Shown: one piece after another, positions 1 to 9,144 of the stretch
Layout of the letters: each line of letters begins with the position of its first letter
Position numbering within the stretch: the stretch's first letter is position 1
Source: Planctomycetota bacterium
Lineage (GTDB): Bacteria > Planctomycetota > UBA1135 > UBA2386
Length of the DNA: 64,000 bases
Direction of reading: 5' to 3'
Assembly: GCA_965228735.1 (NCBI GenBank)
Contig: OZ245838.1
Coordinates: 5,120,001 to 5,184,000, forward strand
The notes under the pieces: generated by a model
Told to the model about the DNA's origin: nothing
What the model saw: only the letters and a program-made list of their open reading frames with translations
The model's database searches: none
Translations under genes and position numbers: made by a program

Positions 1-33
1 CGGGCCCGGGTGGTGGTCGATAGGCCCCATACC

Positions 34-1191
34 ATGGGACTCAGGACCGCCCTCGCCATTGCCGCTGCCTTTGCCGCCGCGGCTGCCGCCGCTTCGACCA
101 CGTTGCCGGCCCAAGACCCCGGGCGTGATCCTGCTGGCCGCTCGCGGCCCGATCCCGCGGCGCTCCGCCGCTTGCTGCCGCAGTCGAACATCGTGCTCGC
201 GGACGCGACGGATCCCGTGCCGCTGCGCGCGTTCGGGCTCGGCGATGGTGGTCTGAAGAACGCGCGCGTCACCGGTGCGCTGCGCTGGGCCGACGGTGGC
301 TGTGTGACACCGGCGGGCATCCGCATCGAGTGCCTGCGCGCGGGCGTGAAGCTCACGTTTCCGACCGGCCGCGAGCTGCTGTTCGCGCCCGACGGCGCGT
401 TGCATCTGCGCGACGGCACCGCGGGCGGCCCGTTCCCCAAGGGCGTCGAGCTGCGGCTCGGCGACGGCACGAGCGTGCGCGTGAAGCTGTCGCAGGCGCA
501 GCGCATTCGCGTTCGCGACGTCGTCGTAGAGCACGGCCGGCGCGCGCTGCGGCCGTACCGCAAGGGCAAGCTCGTGCGCGAGATCGCGCGCCCCGGGTTC
601 TGGGGCGGCCCGCGCGTATGTTGCTGCGGCGACGGCGGCGAACTCTACCGCGCGATCGCGCTCGGCCCGCTCGTGACCCTCGATCGCGTGCTCGTGCCGC
701 AGGACCGGCTCGAGGACGCGCCGTCCGAACGCCTCGTCGTGCTCACGCGACCGCTGCTCGACGCGCTGTCGGAGCTGACGCGCCGGCACCGCACGCCCGA
801 GCCCGACGTGAAGCGCGCCGTCGCCGCCGTGAACGCGACGGTGCAGCGTGGCCAGCACATCTTCCCGTCGGGGAAGAAGCTGCGGCGGGCCGAACACGAC
901 AACCTCCGGTGGCTGCTGCGCGGCGGCTTCGAGCTCGAGCTCGCGCTCGACGGCCCGCGCGCGCCGCGACTCGCCCTGTTCGCCGGCCGTTCGATCCGCC
1001 CGATGGTCGAATGGTCGCTCGGCATCAACTCCGCGGTGTTCCTCAACAACCCGCGCAGCGACCAGCCCGGGGCCTCCCGCTGGCGCGGCAACGGCGTCGC
1101 GCTGCCGCGGACGGTGCTCGACCTGCAGCCCCGCGACGTGCTCTTCGAACGCCAGCTCGCCCTGGCGCTGATTCGCCGCCTGCGCGACTGA
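34..1191 (+). CDS. Hypothetical secreted protein
   Basis: Long ORF with high-GC3 codon usage; ATG at 34 begins an Ala-rich signal-peptide-like segment (MGLRTALAIAAAFAAAAAA); no recognised motif. Confidence 0.7.
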   Translation: MGLRTALAIAAAFAAAAAAASTTLPAQDPGRDPAGRSRPDPAALRRLLPQSNIVLADATDPVPLRAFGLGDGGLKNARVTGALRWADGGCVTPAGIRIECLRAGVKLTFPTGRELLFAPDGALHLRDGTAGGPFPKGVELRLGDGTSVRVKLSQAQRIRVRDVVVEHGRRALRPYRKGKLVREIARPGFWGGPRVCCCGDGGELYRAIALGPLVTLDRVLVPQDRLEDAPSERLVVLTRPLLDALSELTRRHRTPEPDVKRAVAAVNATVQRGQHIFPSGKKLRRAEHDNLRWLLRGGFELELALDGPRAPRLALFAGRSIRPMVEWSLGINSAVFLNNPRSDQPGASRWRGNGVALPRTVLDLQPRDVLFERQLALALIRRLRD

Positions 1192-1206
1192 GGCTGCGAA
1201 GGAGCT

Positions 1207-2688
1207 TCAGAGCAGGCTCGGCACCAGGACGGTCGCCGCGATCGTCACGAGTGCCACCGAGACCAGGTTGAACACGATGCCGGCGCGAGCCATCTGTGGA
1301 ATCGTCACGTAGCCGGACGCGAAGACGATCGCGTTGGGCGGTGTCGCGACCGGCAGCATGAATGCCATGGAAACCGCGAGTGCCGCGGTCGCCATCAGCT
1401 GGAGCGGTTCGATTCCGAGCCCGGCGGCGGCGCCCGCCATGATCGGCATCGCCATCGTCGCCGTGGCAACGTTGCTCGTGACCTCGGTGAGGAAGACGAA
1501 CAGCAGCGCGATCGCGCCGAAGATCAGCCACGTCGGCAGCGCGTCGAACGTCGCGACGGCGCCGCCGATCCACTGCGCGAGTCCGGTCTCCGACATCGCG
1601 CGCGCCAGCGAGAGTCCGCCGCCGAACAACACCAGGATGCCCCACGGCACCTTGTTCGCGGTCGGCCAGTCCAGTGCGAATCGCCCGGCCTTCCAGCTCG
1701 TCGGGGTCACGAAGAGCAGCAGCGCGGCGCCCATCGCGATCGTCGAGTCCTTGACCCACGGCGCGAACGTCTGGATGCCGGGGATCGTCACGCCACCGAT
1801 CGCCTTGGGCGCCCGCAGGATCCAGGCCAGCGCCGTGAGGACGAAGACCACGGCGACGACGACCTCCTGGGCCGACATCGGGCCGAGATCGCGACGTTCG
1901 CGCTCGAGCAGCGCGGCGGCGTCCCCGCGGAGCTTTCCCGGGGGATACAGCCAGCGCGTCAGCAGCAGCCACCCGAGCGGCAGGAAGACGAGGGCGACGG
2001 GAACACCGACCATCATCCAGTCGACGAAACCGATCGACCGCCCGAGGATCTCACCCACCGCGGCCGCGAGCACGGCGTTCGGTGGCGTGCCGATGAGCGT
2101 CGTGACGCCGCCGATGGTCGAGGCGTAGGCGATGCCCAGCATCATGCACACACCGAACTCGAATCGGCCGTGCTGATCCTGGGGTTGGAACAACAGCGCG
2201 ATCGCCATCGCGATCGGGTACATCATCGCCGTCGTTGCGGTGTTGGAGATCCACATCGACAGGAATGCGCTGGCGATCATGAACCCGAGCACGAGTCGCG
2301 TCGGCTGGGTTCCGACGGCACCCACGATCGCGAGCGCGATGCGGCGATGCAGTCCGCTGTGTTCCATCGCGACCGCGATCAGGAACCCGCCCAGCGACAG
2401 GAACACGATGTCGTTGGCGTAGGGCGCGGCCGCGTCCGGCATCGGCAGGATGCCGAGCGTCGGCAGGAGCACGAGCGGCAGCCATGCCGTCGCGCTGATC
2501 GGGATCGCCTCCGTCGTCCAGAAGATCGCCATGAGCGCCACGACGGCCGCGGTGCGCCAACCCGCCGGCGTCAGGCCTTCGGGCCCGGGTGCGAGCAGGA
2601 TCACGGCAAACGTGAGGACGCCACCGAGGAGTCCGATGCGCGCTTTGGTCACGGCGTGACGATGACGCATCCGGCCGCGGGAATCCAC
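1207..2688 (-). CDS. DASS/SLC13 family Na+-coupled di/tricarboxylate or sulfate symporter
   Basis: Many TM helices; signature motifs SMWISNTATT, IGTPPNA, TEVTSNVAT and LPVATPPNAIVF. Confidence 0.92.
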   Translation of the reverse strand: MDSRGRMRHRHAVTKARIGLLGGVLTFAVILLAPGPEGLTPAGWRTAAVVALMAIFWTTEAIPISATAWLPLVLLPTLGILPMPDAAAPYANDIVFLSLGGFLIAVAMEHSGLHRRIALAIVGAVGTQPTRLVLGFMIASAFLSMWISNTATTAMMYPIAMAIALLFQPQDQHGRFEFGVCMMLGIAYASTIGGVTTLIGTPPNAVLAAAVGEILGRSIGFVDWMMVGVPVALVFLPLGWLLLTRWLYPPGKLRGDAAALLERERRDLGPMSAQEVVVAVVFVLTALAWILRAPKAIGGVTIPGIQTFAPWVKDSTIAMGAALLLFVTPTSWKAGRFALDWPTANKVPWGILVLFGGGLSLARAMSETGLAQWIGGAVATFDALPTWLIFGAIALLFVFLTEVTSNVATATMAMPIMAGAAAGLGIEPLQLMATAALAVSMAFMLPVATPPNAIVFASGYVTIPQMARAGIVFNLVSVALVTIAATVLVPSLL

Positions 2689-2709
2689 GACGCCGGTCCT
2701 CGCGTGCGC

Positions 2710-3077
2710 CTACAGCCGTTCGAGGTCATCTGGCGCGATCGTCCGTTCGTCCTCGACGGCCCCGGTGTTGCGGGTCTGCCGGGTTCGAACATGAGCACGT
2801 TCGCGGTCTCGGTGATCGCGACCGGCTTGTGTTCGACGCCGCGCGGCACGATCAGTAGTTCGCCGGGGCCCAGCTCGACGACCCGGTCGCGCAGGTGGAT
2901 TTCGATGCGGCCGTCCACGACGAGGAACAGCTCGTCCTCGTCGTCGTGGTGATGCCACACGAACTCGCCTGCGAACCTGGCGAGCTTGACGAGCTGGCCG
3001 TTGAGCTCGCCCACGACCTTCGGCGTCCAGGTCTCGTCGAACGAGGCGAACGCCTGCCGCAGGTTGACCTTCTGCAT
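2710..3077 (-). pseudogene. Small cupin protein with an apparent 1-nt frameshift near 2779 (pseudogene or assembly error)
   Basis: MQKVNL...GEFVWHHHDDEDELFLV...VPRGVEHKP...VLMFEP in one frame; the family-typical tail QTRNTGAVEDERTIAPDDLERL* is in another frame ending at TAG 2710. Confidence 0.8.
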
Positions 3078-3112
3078 GGCATCCGAGCTTAGCCCGGATG
3101 CCGGTCGCGATG

Positions 3113-4099
3113 TCACTTGCTGCGACGGCGCATCACCGCGGCCTTGGCCTGCGGCGAACGATGCTCGGCGAGCGCCGCGGCAACGCCCGCGTCCTTGCCC
3201 ATGATCTTGTCGAGGCGCAGCAGCAGCGCGAGCGCGGCCTCGGTGTTGGTCGCACCGATCGCGCGCAGCACGGCCGCGCGGTCCGCGTCGTTGCGCAGGT
3301 TGGGCAGGCGGCGCTCGAGCACCGTGGACGCTTCCTCGCCGTGCAGCACGCGGGCGATGCGGCCGACGCAGCGCGCGTAGCGCGGGTCGGACACGGGGCC
3401 GAGCGATACGGCGAGCGTGTCGACGAGGCCTTCGAGCTGCTGCTCGGCGCACAGCTGCGCGAGCGCGATCTTGTAGTCGATGTCGGCCGTTTCGCCGGTC
3501 GTGCGACCGAGGATCTGGCTCCACCGTGTGGCCGCGATGGCCTGCCGCAGGTGCGGCCGTTCGGCCAGCAGGTGCGCGGCTTCGGTGCGCACGCTCGCGT
3601 CACCACGAACGGCGATCGTCGCGAGTTCGTCGGCGGTCCTGGCAGCAGACGCGCCGGCCTTGCCGCGCGCGATCACCGCGGCGAACCCGACGATCGGGCT
3701 GTTCTCCGGCTTGCCGAGCACGAGCGGGTTGCTGTCGCTGTGGCCGACCATCTTGTAGTACGGCCCCGCGCTCGCCGGCAGACCGAGGCGTTCGGCCGTG
3801 ACGCTCGCGCTCTTCAGGCAGTAGAGCCGCGATTGCCGCGGGCTCGGCCGTTGGTGCAGGCTGAGCTTGGGCCAGTCGATCACCGTGACGGCCGCGTTGC
3901 CGTTGCTGCCGAACACGTCCTGGATGATCTGCACGCGGTGCAGCGCGACGTGCTCGTTGTGCGGCTTCTTGCCGACCTGGCGCGCGACGGCGACGAGGTC
4001 CGCGGAGTTGATGCCGTTGCGCAAGCCCTGCGCGGCGAGCTCGCTCGCACCCAGGGCCACGGCCGTGGCGAAGAGAGTTCCTTGGATCGAGTGACGCAT
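3113..4099 (-). CDS. Secreted hypothetical protein with HEAT-like helical C-terminal region
   Basis: Signal peptide from ATG 4099, immediately downstream of the 4101 gene; Ala/Leu-rich repeats such as VRTEAAHLLAE and RAAVLRAIGAT. Confidence 0.65.
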   Translation of the reverse strand: MRHSIQGTLFATAVALGASELAAQGLRNGINSADLVAVARQVGKKPHNEHVALHRVQIIQDVFGSNGNAAVTVIDWPKLSLHQRPSPRQSRLYCLKSASVTAERLGLPASAGPYYKMVGHSDSNPLVLGKPENSPIVGFAAVIARGKAGASAARTADELATIAVRGDASVRTEAAHLLAERPHLRQAIAATRWSQILGRTTGETADIDYKIALAQLCAEQQLEGLVDTLAVSLGPVSDPRYARCVGRIARVLHGEEASTVLERRLPNLRNDADRAAVLRAIGATNTEAALALLLRLDKIMGKDAGVAAALAEHRSPQAKAAVMRRRSK

Positions 4100-4100
4100 A

Positions 4101-5945
4101 TCAGTTGCCGTAGAAGACCTGCTCACGCAGGTACGCGAGGTTGAGGGAATTGAACGTCGACGAGCTGTTGACCGTCGAGCTGTAGGTCAGCGATGGACTC
4201 ATGACGTTGGTCGCGCCCGCCGGGAAGAGGCTCGTGTTGCGGATGTGGCCGTCCGCGGAGCCGGGAAAGCTGGTGGAGTCGTTGCCGTAGAGGCCCGTCG
4301 GCATCGCGCCGTTCTCGACGAGCCCCATGGAGTGGCCGGCCTCGTGCGCGAGGACGACGGCCGTGAAGCGCGCGAAGTCCTGGATCGCGGCGTTGATGAG
4401 CGTCGCGCGGCCGTCGCTCAGGGTGCCGTCGATCCGGTTGCCATCGAGCGTGTCGCTGCCGATCGGCGCGTTGCCGCGGGTGGGAGCGAACGTGTCGTAC
4501 GTCGTGCGGAATGCGGACGCGCCCGGCTGGTTGAGCCCGGAAGCGACCATCGTGTGCAGGAAGATGCCGAGCCGCGTGCTGCCCTGGAACGTCGTCAGCG
4601 TGTTGTCGTCCTGGGTCGTGTTGGACGGGTCGAAGATCGCGATTCCGAGGATGCCCGAGTTGCCCGTCGAATCCGCCGAGCCGCAGATGCTGATCAGCGA
4701 GTAGCCGAACGACGAGTACGGCACGCTCGAGCCGCTGATCGTGCCCGCCGGTTGGGCGAGCGTGAACGAGATGTTGGCGCCGGCGAACAGCGTCGCGAGG
4801 TCGCTGAGCAGCGCCGTCTTGTAGGCGTCGATCACCGCGTCCGTGATGTTGCCGGTGAACGGCGGGGTCTGGGCCACCGGGGAGGCGGTGATGAGGCCGA
4901 GCACGCGCAGGATCTCGATGAAGTCCGCCGTGCCGCTCGCGCCGGCGTTGACGGCGACGGTGACGGTGCCGCCCGACTCGGTGTCCGTGTAGGACTCGAT
5001 GTCGCGGTCGAAGTCGAGATACCAGACCTGGCTCGGGTTGGAGTTGGTCTCGAACGGCCGCAGGTTGTCATTGAAGTCGCGCGCCTGCGCGGTGAACGAC
5101 GCCGGGGTCGATGCGAGTCCGGACGTGTCGATGACCGTGCAGGACAGCGTGAACGCGGTCGCCGGGAACACCACGGTGCTCGGCACCGTGAAGCTCGCCG
5201 TCGTCGCGTTGCTGCTCGCGAGCGTGAGCTGCGATGTGAGGTTGGTGCCCGCCGAGGCGGAGCCGCCGGTCGTCGTCACCACGACGTCCGTCGTGATGAC
5301 CGTGGCGCTCGCGTCGACGCCCGTGTTGTCGGCGAACGTCAGATCGATCGTCCAGCCGCTGCGCGGGACCTGCAACGTGCCGCCAGCGGTGCCCGTGCCG
5401 TTGAGCTCGCCGTCGACGGCCGCGATGGTCACGTTCGACAGCGTCGGCGCCGCGCCGTCGCTCGTGCCGATCGTCACAGGAGTCGACGCCGTGCCGAGCT
5501 GACCCGTCGTGTTCTCGATCGCATCGTTGTCGGCCGACAGCGTGATCGTCGTCGTGCCGATCGTGAACGTGACGCCGGTGCCGAGTTCGATCTGCAGCCC
5601 GCGCGCGCTCACGACCGTGACGTTCGAGAACGCGCCGAGGGAGCCGCTGCTGGACAGCGTGAAGTCGGCGTCACCCAGCGACGCGCCAGAACGCAGCTGG
5701 ATGTCGGCCGAGAACGTGAGCAGCAGGGTGTCGCCGACCTGCGGCGACGAGTTGCCGCTCGTGTAGGCTGCCGCGACGATCGTCGGTCCGGCGGCGGCAG
5801 GCCCGCCGCCACCGCCGCCGCTGCTGCAGCCGGGCGCGAAGACGAAGAGCGGGAGCAGCGCGGCGGCGATGGCAAAGGTGAGCGCATGCCGCCGTCGGTT
5901 CCGGGGCGGAAAGACCTGCGGTGATGGGGGGTTCGTTCCGATCAT
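4101..5945 (-). CDS. Lipoprotein with Thr/Ser-rich Ig-like domains and a C-terminal zinc metallopeptidase-like domain
   Basis: Lipobox-like APGC followed by poly-Gly; HEAGHSMGL zinc motif; Met-turn-like NVMSP; start codon uncertain. Confidence 0.7.
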   Translation of the reverse strand: MIGTNPPSPQVFPPRNRRRHALTFAIAAALLPLFVFAPGCSSGGGGGGPAAAGPTIVAAAYTSGNSSPQVGDTLLLTFSADIQLRSGASLGDADFTLSSSGSLGAFSNVTVVSARGLQIELGTGVTFTIGTTTITLSADNDAIENTTGQLGTASTPVTIGTSDGAAPTLSNVTIAAVDGELNGTGTAGGTLQVPRSGWTIDLTFADNTGVDASATVITTDVVVTTTGGSASAGTNLTSQLTLASSNATTASFTVPSTVVFPATAFTLSCTVIDTSGLASTPASFTAQARDFNDNLRPFETNSNPSQVWYLDFDRDIESYTDTESGGTVTVAVNAGASGTADFIEILRVLGLITASPVAQTPPFTGNITDAVIDAYKTALLSDLATLFAGANISFTLAQPAGTISGSSVPYSSFGYSLISICGSADSTGNSGILGIAIFDPSNTTQDDNTLTTFQGSTRLGIFLHTMVASGLNQPGASAFRTTYDTFAPTRGNAPIGSDTLDGNRIDGTLSDGRATLINAAIQDFARFTAVVLAHEAGHSMGLVENGAMPTGLYGNDSTSFPGSADGHIRNTSLFPAGATNVMSPSLTYSSTVNSSSTFNSLNLAYLREQVFYGN

Positions 5946-5954
5946 CAGTAGACC

Positions 5955-6677
5955 ATGGCTAAGGGGGGGATCTTCTCGGCGCTGCGCTATCTCGGCCGGA
6001 CGCCGGCGCGTCGTGCAGCGCACGCCGACGGCCGACCGTTGCGGCGACCGATCGGCAGCTGGTCCGACGAGGTCCGGACCGTGGCTCGACAGCGCCGCGG
6101 CCGACGCCGCCAGCCGCTCTGGCCCAGGGTGCTCGGTTGGGTGTTGGTGAGCATGGCTTTGACGGTCGCCGTCACGGCTGAGTATCCGATGGTGCGGGCG
6201 ACTCGTGGACCTATATCGGACGCCGGCCCCGGTTGCCTGTTGGCCATCGGGTCGGTCACGGCGGTCGCGCCCGAGGGGCCGGTCGACGCGGTGCCGGAGC
6301 AGTTCACGTGGTGGACCGACAGCGCCGCGGCGCCGTTCACGTTGGTGGTCTACGATGCGAGCTTCCGGGAGGTCGGCCGCCAGTCGGGCATCCGTGGATG
6401 TTCGGTTCAGCCGGCCGCCGAGCTCGTTTCCGAACTCGAACGCGGCGGCGTGTTCTACTGGGCTGTCGAGTATCGCGTGGCCGCACCGGCGGGCGCCGAG
6501 CCGCGCCCCATGGTGGAATCCACGGTCGCATCGGAGCGTCCGCCGGCGACCGATCCGGGGGCCGAGGTGGATGCGGCCGCAACCGGCCGGAACGGCACGC
6601 AGGGCGCGTTCTCGGCAGATCCGGGTCGGTCCGGACGCGTGCTCCGGAGCGCCGTCACGGAAGTGCGAATTCCCTGA
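5955..6677 (+). CDS. Hypothetical membrane-anchored protein
   Basis: ORF with one hydrophobic segment (VLGWVLVSMALTVAVTA) followed by a beta-rich domain; start uncertain. Confidence 0.5.
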   Translation: MAKGGIFSALRYLGRTPARRAAHADGRPLRRPIGSWSDEVRTVARQRRGRRRQPLWPRVLGWVLVSMALTVAVTAEYPMVRATRGPISDAGPGCLLAIGSVTAVAPEGPVDAVPEQFTWWTDSAAAPFTLVVYDASFREVGRQSGIRGCSVQPAAELVSELERGGVFYWAVEYRVAAPAGAEPRPMVESTVASERPPATDPGAEVDAAATGRNGTQGAFSADPGRSGRVLRSAVTEVRIP

Positions 6678-6801
6678 CGGAAAGCCCCGATAGCACCGCT
6701 CAGTCGCAGTCCGGATCGCTCGTAACTCAACTTAGCGGAAGGGGATACCGAAGAGTTGGGCGCGGGGACTCGCCCTCGCAGACAGCAACTGGGATTTGCG
6801 G

Positions 6802-7731
6802 ATGATGAAGCTAGCGGTAGGAGAAGTACTCCAAGGCTACCGGATCACCCGTTTCCTGGGCCGCGGCGGCTTCGCTTCGGTCTACCTCGCACAGAACGAG
6901 GAGTCGGGAAACAAGGTGGCTATCAAGGTCGGGGCGTCAACCGGGGGTGGCCGTCAGGTGACCCGTCTCCTCGAGGTCACCTCCCGGCGCACGCCGGACG
7001 GCATCAGCCCGGACGAACTGCCGGCCGAAGCCGTGTTCATCGAGGCGCAGGGCGTGCGCATCGACCTGTTCGACGAACAGGAGATCCGCGCCATGCTGCA
7101 GTCGGAGGGCGACCTGCTCGCCAACAGCGACAGCGACAACATGGTCAAGCTGATCGATCGGATCTCGGTCGACGGTGAGTCCGTGCTCGTGCTCGACTAC
7201 GTCCGCGGCAAGACGCTGCGCGAGAAGATCCGCAGCCTCGAGGGCATCCACCTCAACTGGTTCCTCGCGGTCGTGCGCGCGCTCATCGGGATGCGCGATT
7301 CCGGCACGCTCGAATACCACGGCGACCTCAAGCCGGAGAACGTGATCGTCAAGCCGAGCGGCAAGGTCGTCATGCTCGACCCGGCGATGCGCATCAGCGA
7401 GCGCCGCATCGTCACGACGACGCCGCACTACAACCCGCTACTGCTCACCGAGAGCAAGGCGGATGTGATGGCGATCGGGATCATGATCTACGAGATCCTG
7501 ACCGGCACGCTGCCGTTCGACGAAGTGCCGTGGGAGTTCGCCGGGCACCAGAGCGGCGGCGAGACGCAGCGCCTGTCGCTGAGCTTCTTCTTCAGCTACA
7601 GCCCGCCGCACGTCCTCAACCCGAAGACGCCCGAGGATCTCGAGAAGATCATCTACCGGTGCATCACGGTGAAGGACTACGGGCTCGACGAGCTGCGCGA
7701 CGACCTCGAAGCGTTCATCGCGAAGGTCTGA
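6802..7731 (+). CDS. Stand-alone Hanks-type Ser/Thr protein kinase with atypical activation segment
   Basis: GRGGFASVY, VAIK, HGDLKPEN and DVMAIGIMIYEILTG motifs; DFG replaced by DPA. Confidence 0.85.
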   Translation: MMKLAVGEVLQGYRITRFLGRGGFASVYLAQNEESGNKVAIKVGASTGGGRQVTRLLEVTSRRTPDGISPDELPAEAVFIEAQGVRIDLFDEQEIRAMLQSEGDLLANSDSDNMVKLIDRISVDGESVLVLDYVRGKTLREKIRSLEGIHLNWFLAVVRALIGMRDSGTLEYHGDLKPENVIVKPSGKVVMLDPAMRISERRIVTTTPHYNPLLLTESKADVMAIGIMIYEILTGTLPFDEVPWEFAGHQSGGETQRLSLSFFFSYSPPHVLNPKTPEDLEKIIYRCITVKDYGLDELRDDLEAFIAKV

Positions 7732-7735
7732 GGGC

Positions 7736-7759
7736 GCGGCTGCGGCTGCGGCTGCGGCT
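7736..7759. repeat. (GCGGCT)x4 microsatellite between convergent reading frames
   Basis: Read directly from the sequence. Confidence 0.85.
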
Positions 7760-7942
7760 ATTTCACGACCGGCACGGTCAACCGGTCCGACCCTTCGAAC
7801 TGGGTGCCATCGAGCATCCAGTCCTGGAAGTAGAACGTCACCGGGTCGACCCACGACGGGATCGGGCAGCTGCAGACCACGTTGTTGCCGATCCCAAGCT
7901 GAGGCGGCCGAGGTAGCCGTTGATGTCGTCGACGAGGGCATC
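7758..7942 (-). pseudogene. Remnant of the C-terminal module of a secreted protein
   Basis: Frame LGIGNNVVCSCPIPSWVDPVTFYFQDWMLDGTQFEGSDRLTVPVVK* resembles the C-terminus of the 32392-34614 protein; no proper start; frameshift near 7900. Confidence 0.4.
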
Positions 7943-7965
7943 GCGGCTTCTCGCCGGGACGCCCG

Positions 7966-8997
7966 CTATCGCTTGCCCCGGTCCTTCGCGGCCTTCCGCA
8001 GTTCCGCCAGCTTCCTGCGCTCGACCTCGAGCTGGGCCCGGATCTTCGCCATCGCGGCCTCGAGTTCGGCGATCTTCGCCTGCGTCACCGTCTGCGCCAT
8101 CGCCAGCGCCTCGGCCTCCTCCGCCGCGATCGCGGCCTTCGCCTCGGCGGTCGGTTCGGCAACGGGTGGCTCGACGACGATCGGTCCGGCGACGATGACA
8201 GGTGGCACGACGGGCGGCGCGGCGACCGGTTCGGCCACCTGCGTCGCATACGTCGTGTGCGCCGCGGCCCGGCTCGCCCAGTGCAGCTCGCCCGCGGGGT
8301 CGCGCAGGCCGACCGCGTCGATCTCGTTCCAGCCCTTCACCTTCTCGCACGCGAACGTGAGCTTCACGCGCTCGGCGACGAATCCGAGCGGCACGTCGAC
8401 CTTCAGCACGCGGCCGGTCATGCGCAGTGGTCCCGGGTTCGCGTTGTGCCACAACTCGACCTCCTCGCCGTTCGGCCGAAAGATCGACACCGCCACGATC
8501 GCGCCCGGATTGAAGTTCTCGTGCACCTCGATCGCGGCGATGCGCACGGGCCTCTCGTATTCGAGCAGCAGCCACTCGCCCTCGTCGTTCTCGCCGAGCG
8601 TCGCGTAGGCCGAACGGTGATCACCGTGGCCCGGAGTGTCGGGCTTGCCGCACGCGGCCTCGGGCCCCCACGGCCGGTTCGGCTTCGCGTAGTCGGGACC
8701 GTCGCGGAACACGAACCAGTACGGCGCCTGCCAGACCCAGTGCCCGGCCGGGATGTCGCGCTCGTCGCCACACTTGCCAACAGTCGCGCGAAAGCCACAT
8801 TCCTGGCGTTCGGGCAACGGCCGCTTGGCCGGCCGGAACTGCCGCAGCAACATGCCGTAGCGGCCGTCGGCCCGCGCCTTCCGCCCGACCTCGAACAGGT
8901 CCGTCACCTGCGTCTGCGCGCTCGCCACGGCGGCGAACGAGGCGACGACGGCGAGCGTGACGAGAGCGAACGGCTGGCGACGCGGCAACGCGATCAT
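7966..8997 (-). CDS. Secreted protein with a discoidin/galactose-binding-like domain and C-terminal coiled coil
   Basis: AGGAG RBS before ATG 8997; signal peptide; EWLLLEY...IEVHENFNPGAI...WNEIDAVGL; Pro-rich linker and coiled-coil tail. Confidence 0.7.
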   Translation of the reverse strand: MIALPRRQPFALVTLAVVASFAAVASAQTQVTDLFEVGRKARADGRYGMLLRQFRPAKRPLPERQECGFRATVGKCGDERDIPAGHWVWQAPYWFVFRDGPDYAKPNRPWGPEAACGKPDTPGHGDHRSAYATLGENDEGEWLLLEYERPVRIAAIEVHENFNPGAIVAVSIFRPNGEEVELWHNANPGPLRMTGRVLKVDVPLGFVAERVKLTFACEKVKGWNEIDAVGLRDPAGELHWASRAAAHTTYATQVAEPVAAPPVVPPVIVAGPIVVEPPVAEPTAEAKAAIAAEEAEALAMAQTVTQAKIAELEAAMAKIRAQLEVERRKLAELRKAAKDRGKR

Positions 8998-9144
8998 GAC
9001 GGCTCCTGCGGGGTTGGGTCGCATGGTAGCGGGTGCGCTACCGGTCGTCAGAACGGGCACCCGGGGGGTCGGGTTCCCGGATTCCCCTCGATCCCGCCCG
9101 AATTCACTGCAGCCGAATCCAGCGAGCCGCGCAGGGATCGGCCG

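Noticed and set aside
6678..6801. Possible riboswitch upstream of the atypical kinase
   Set aside because: No recognisable aptamer consensus or convincing stems by eye
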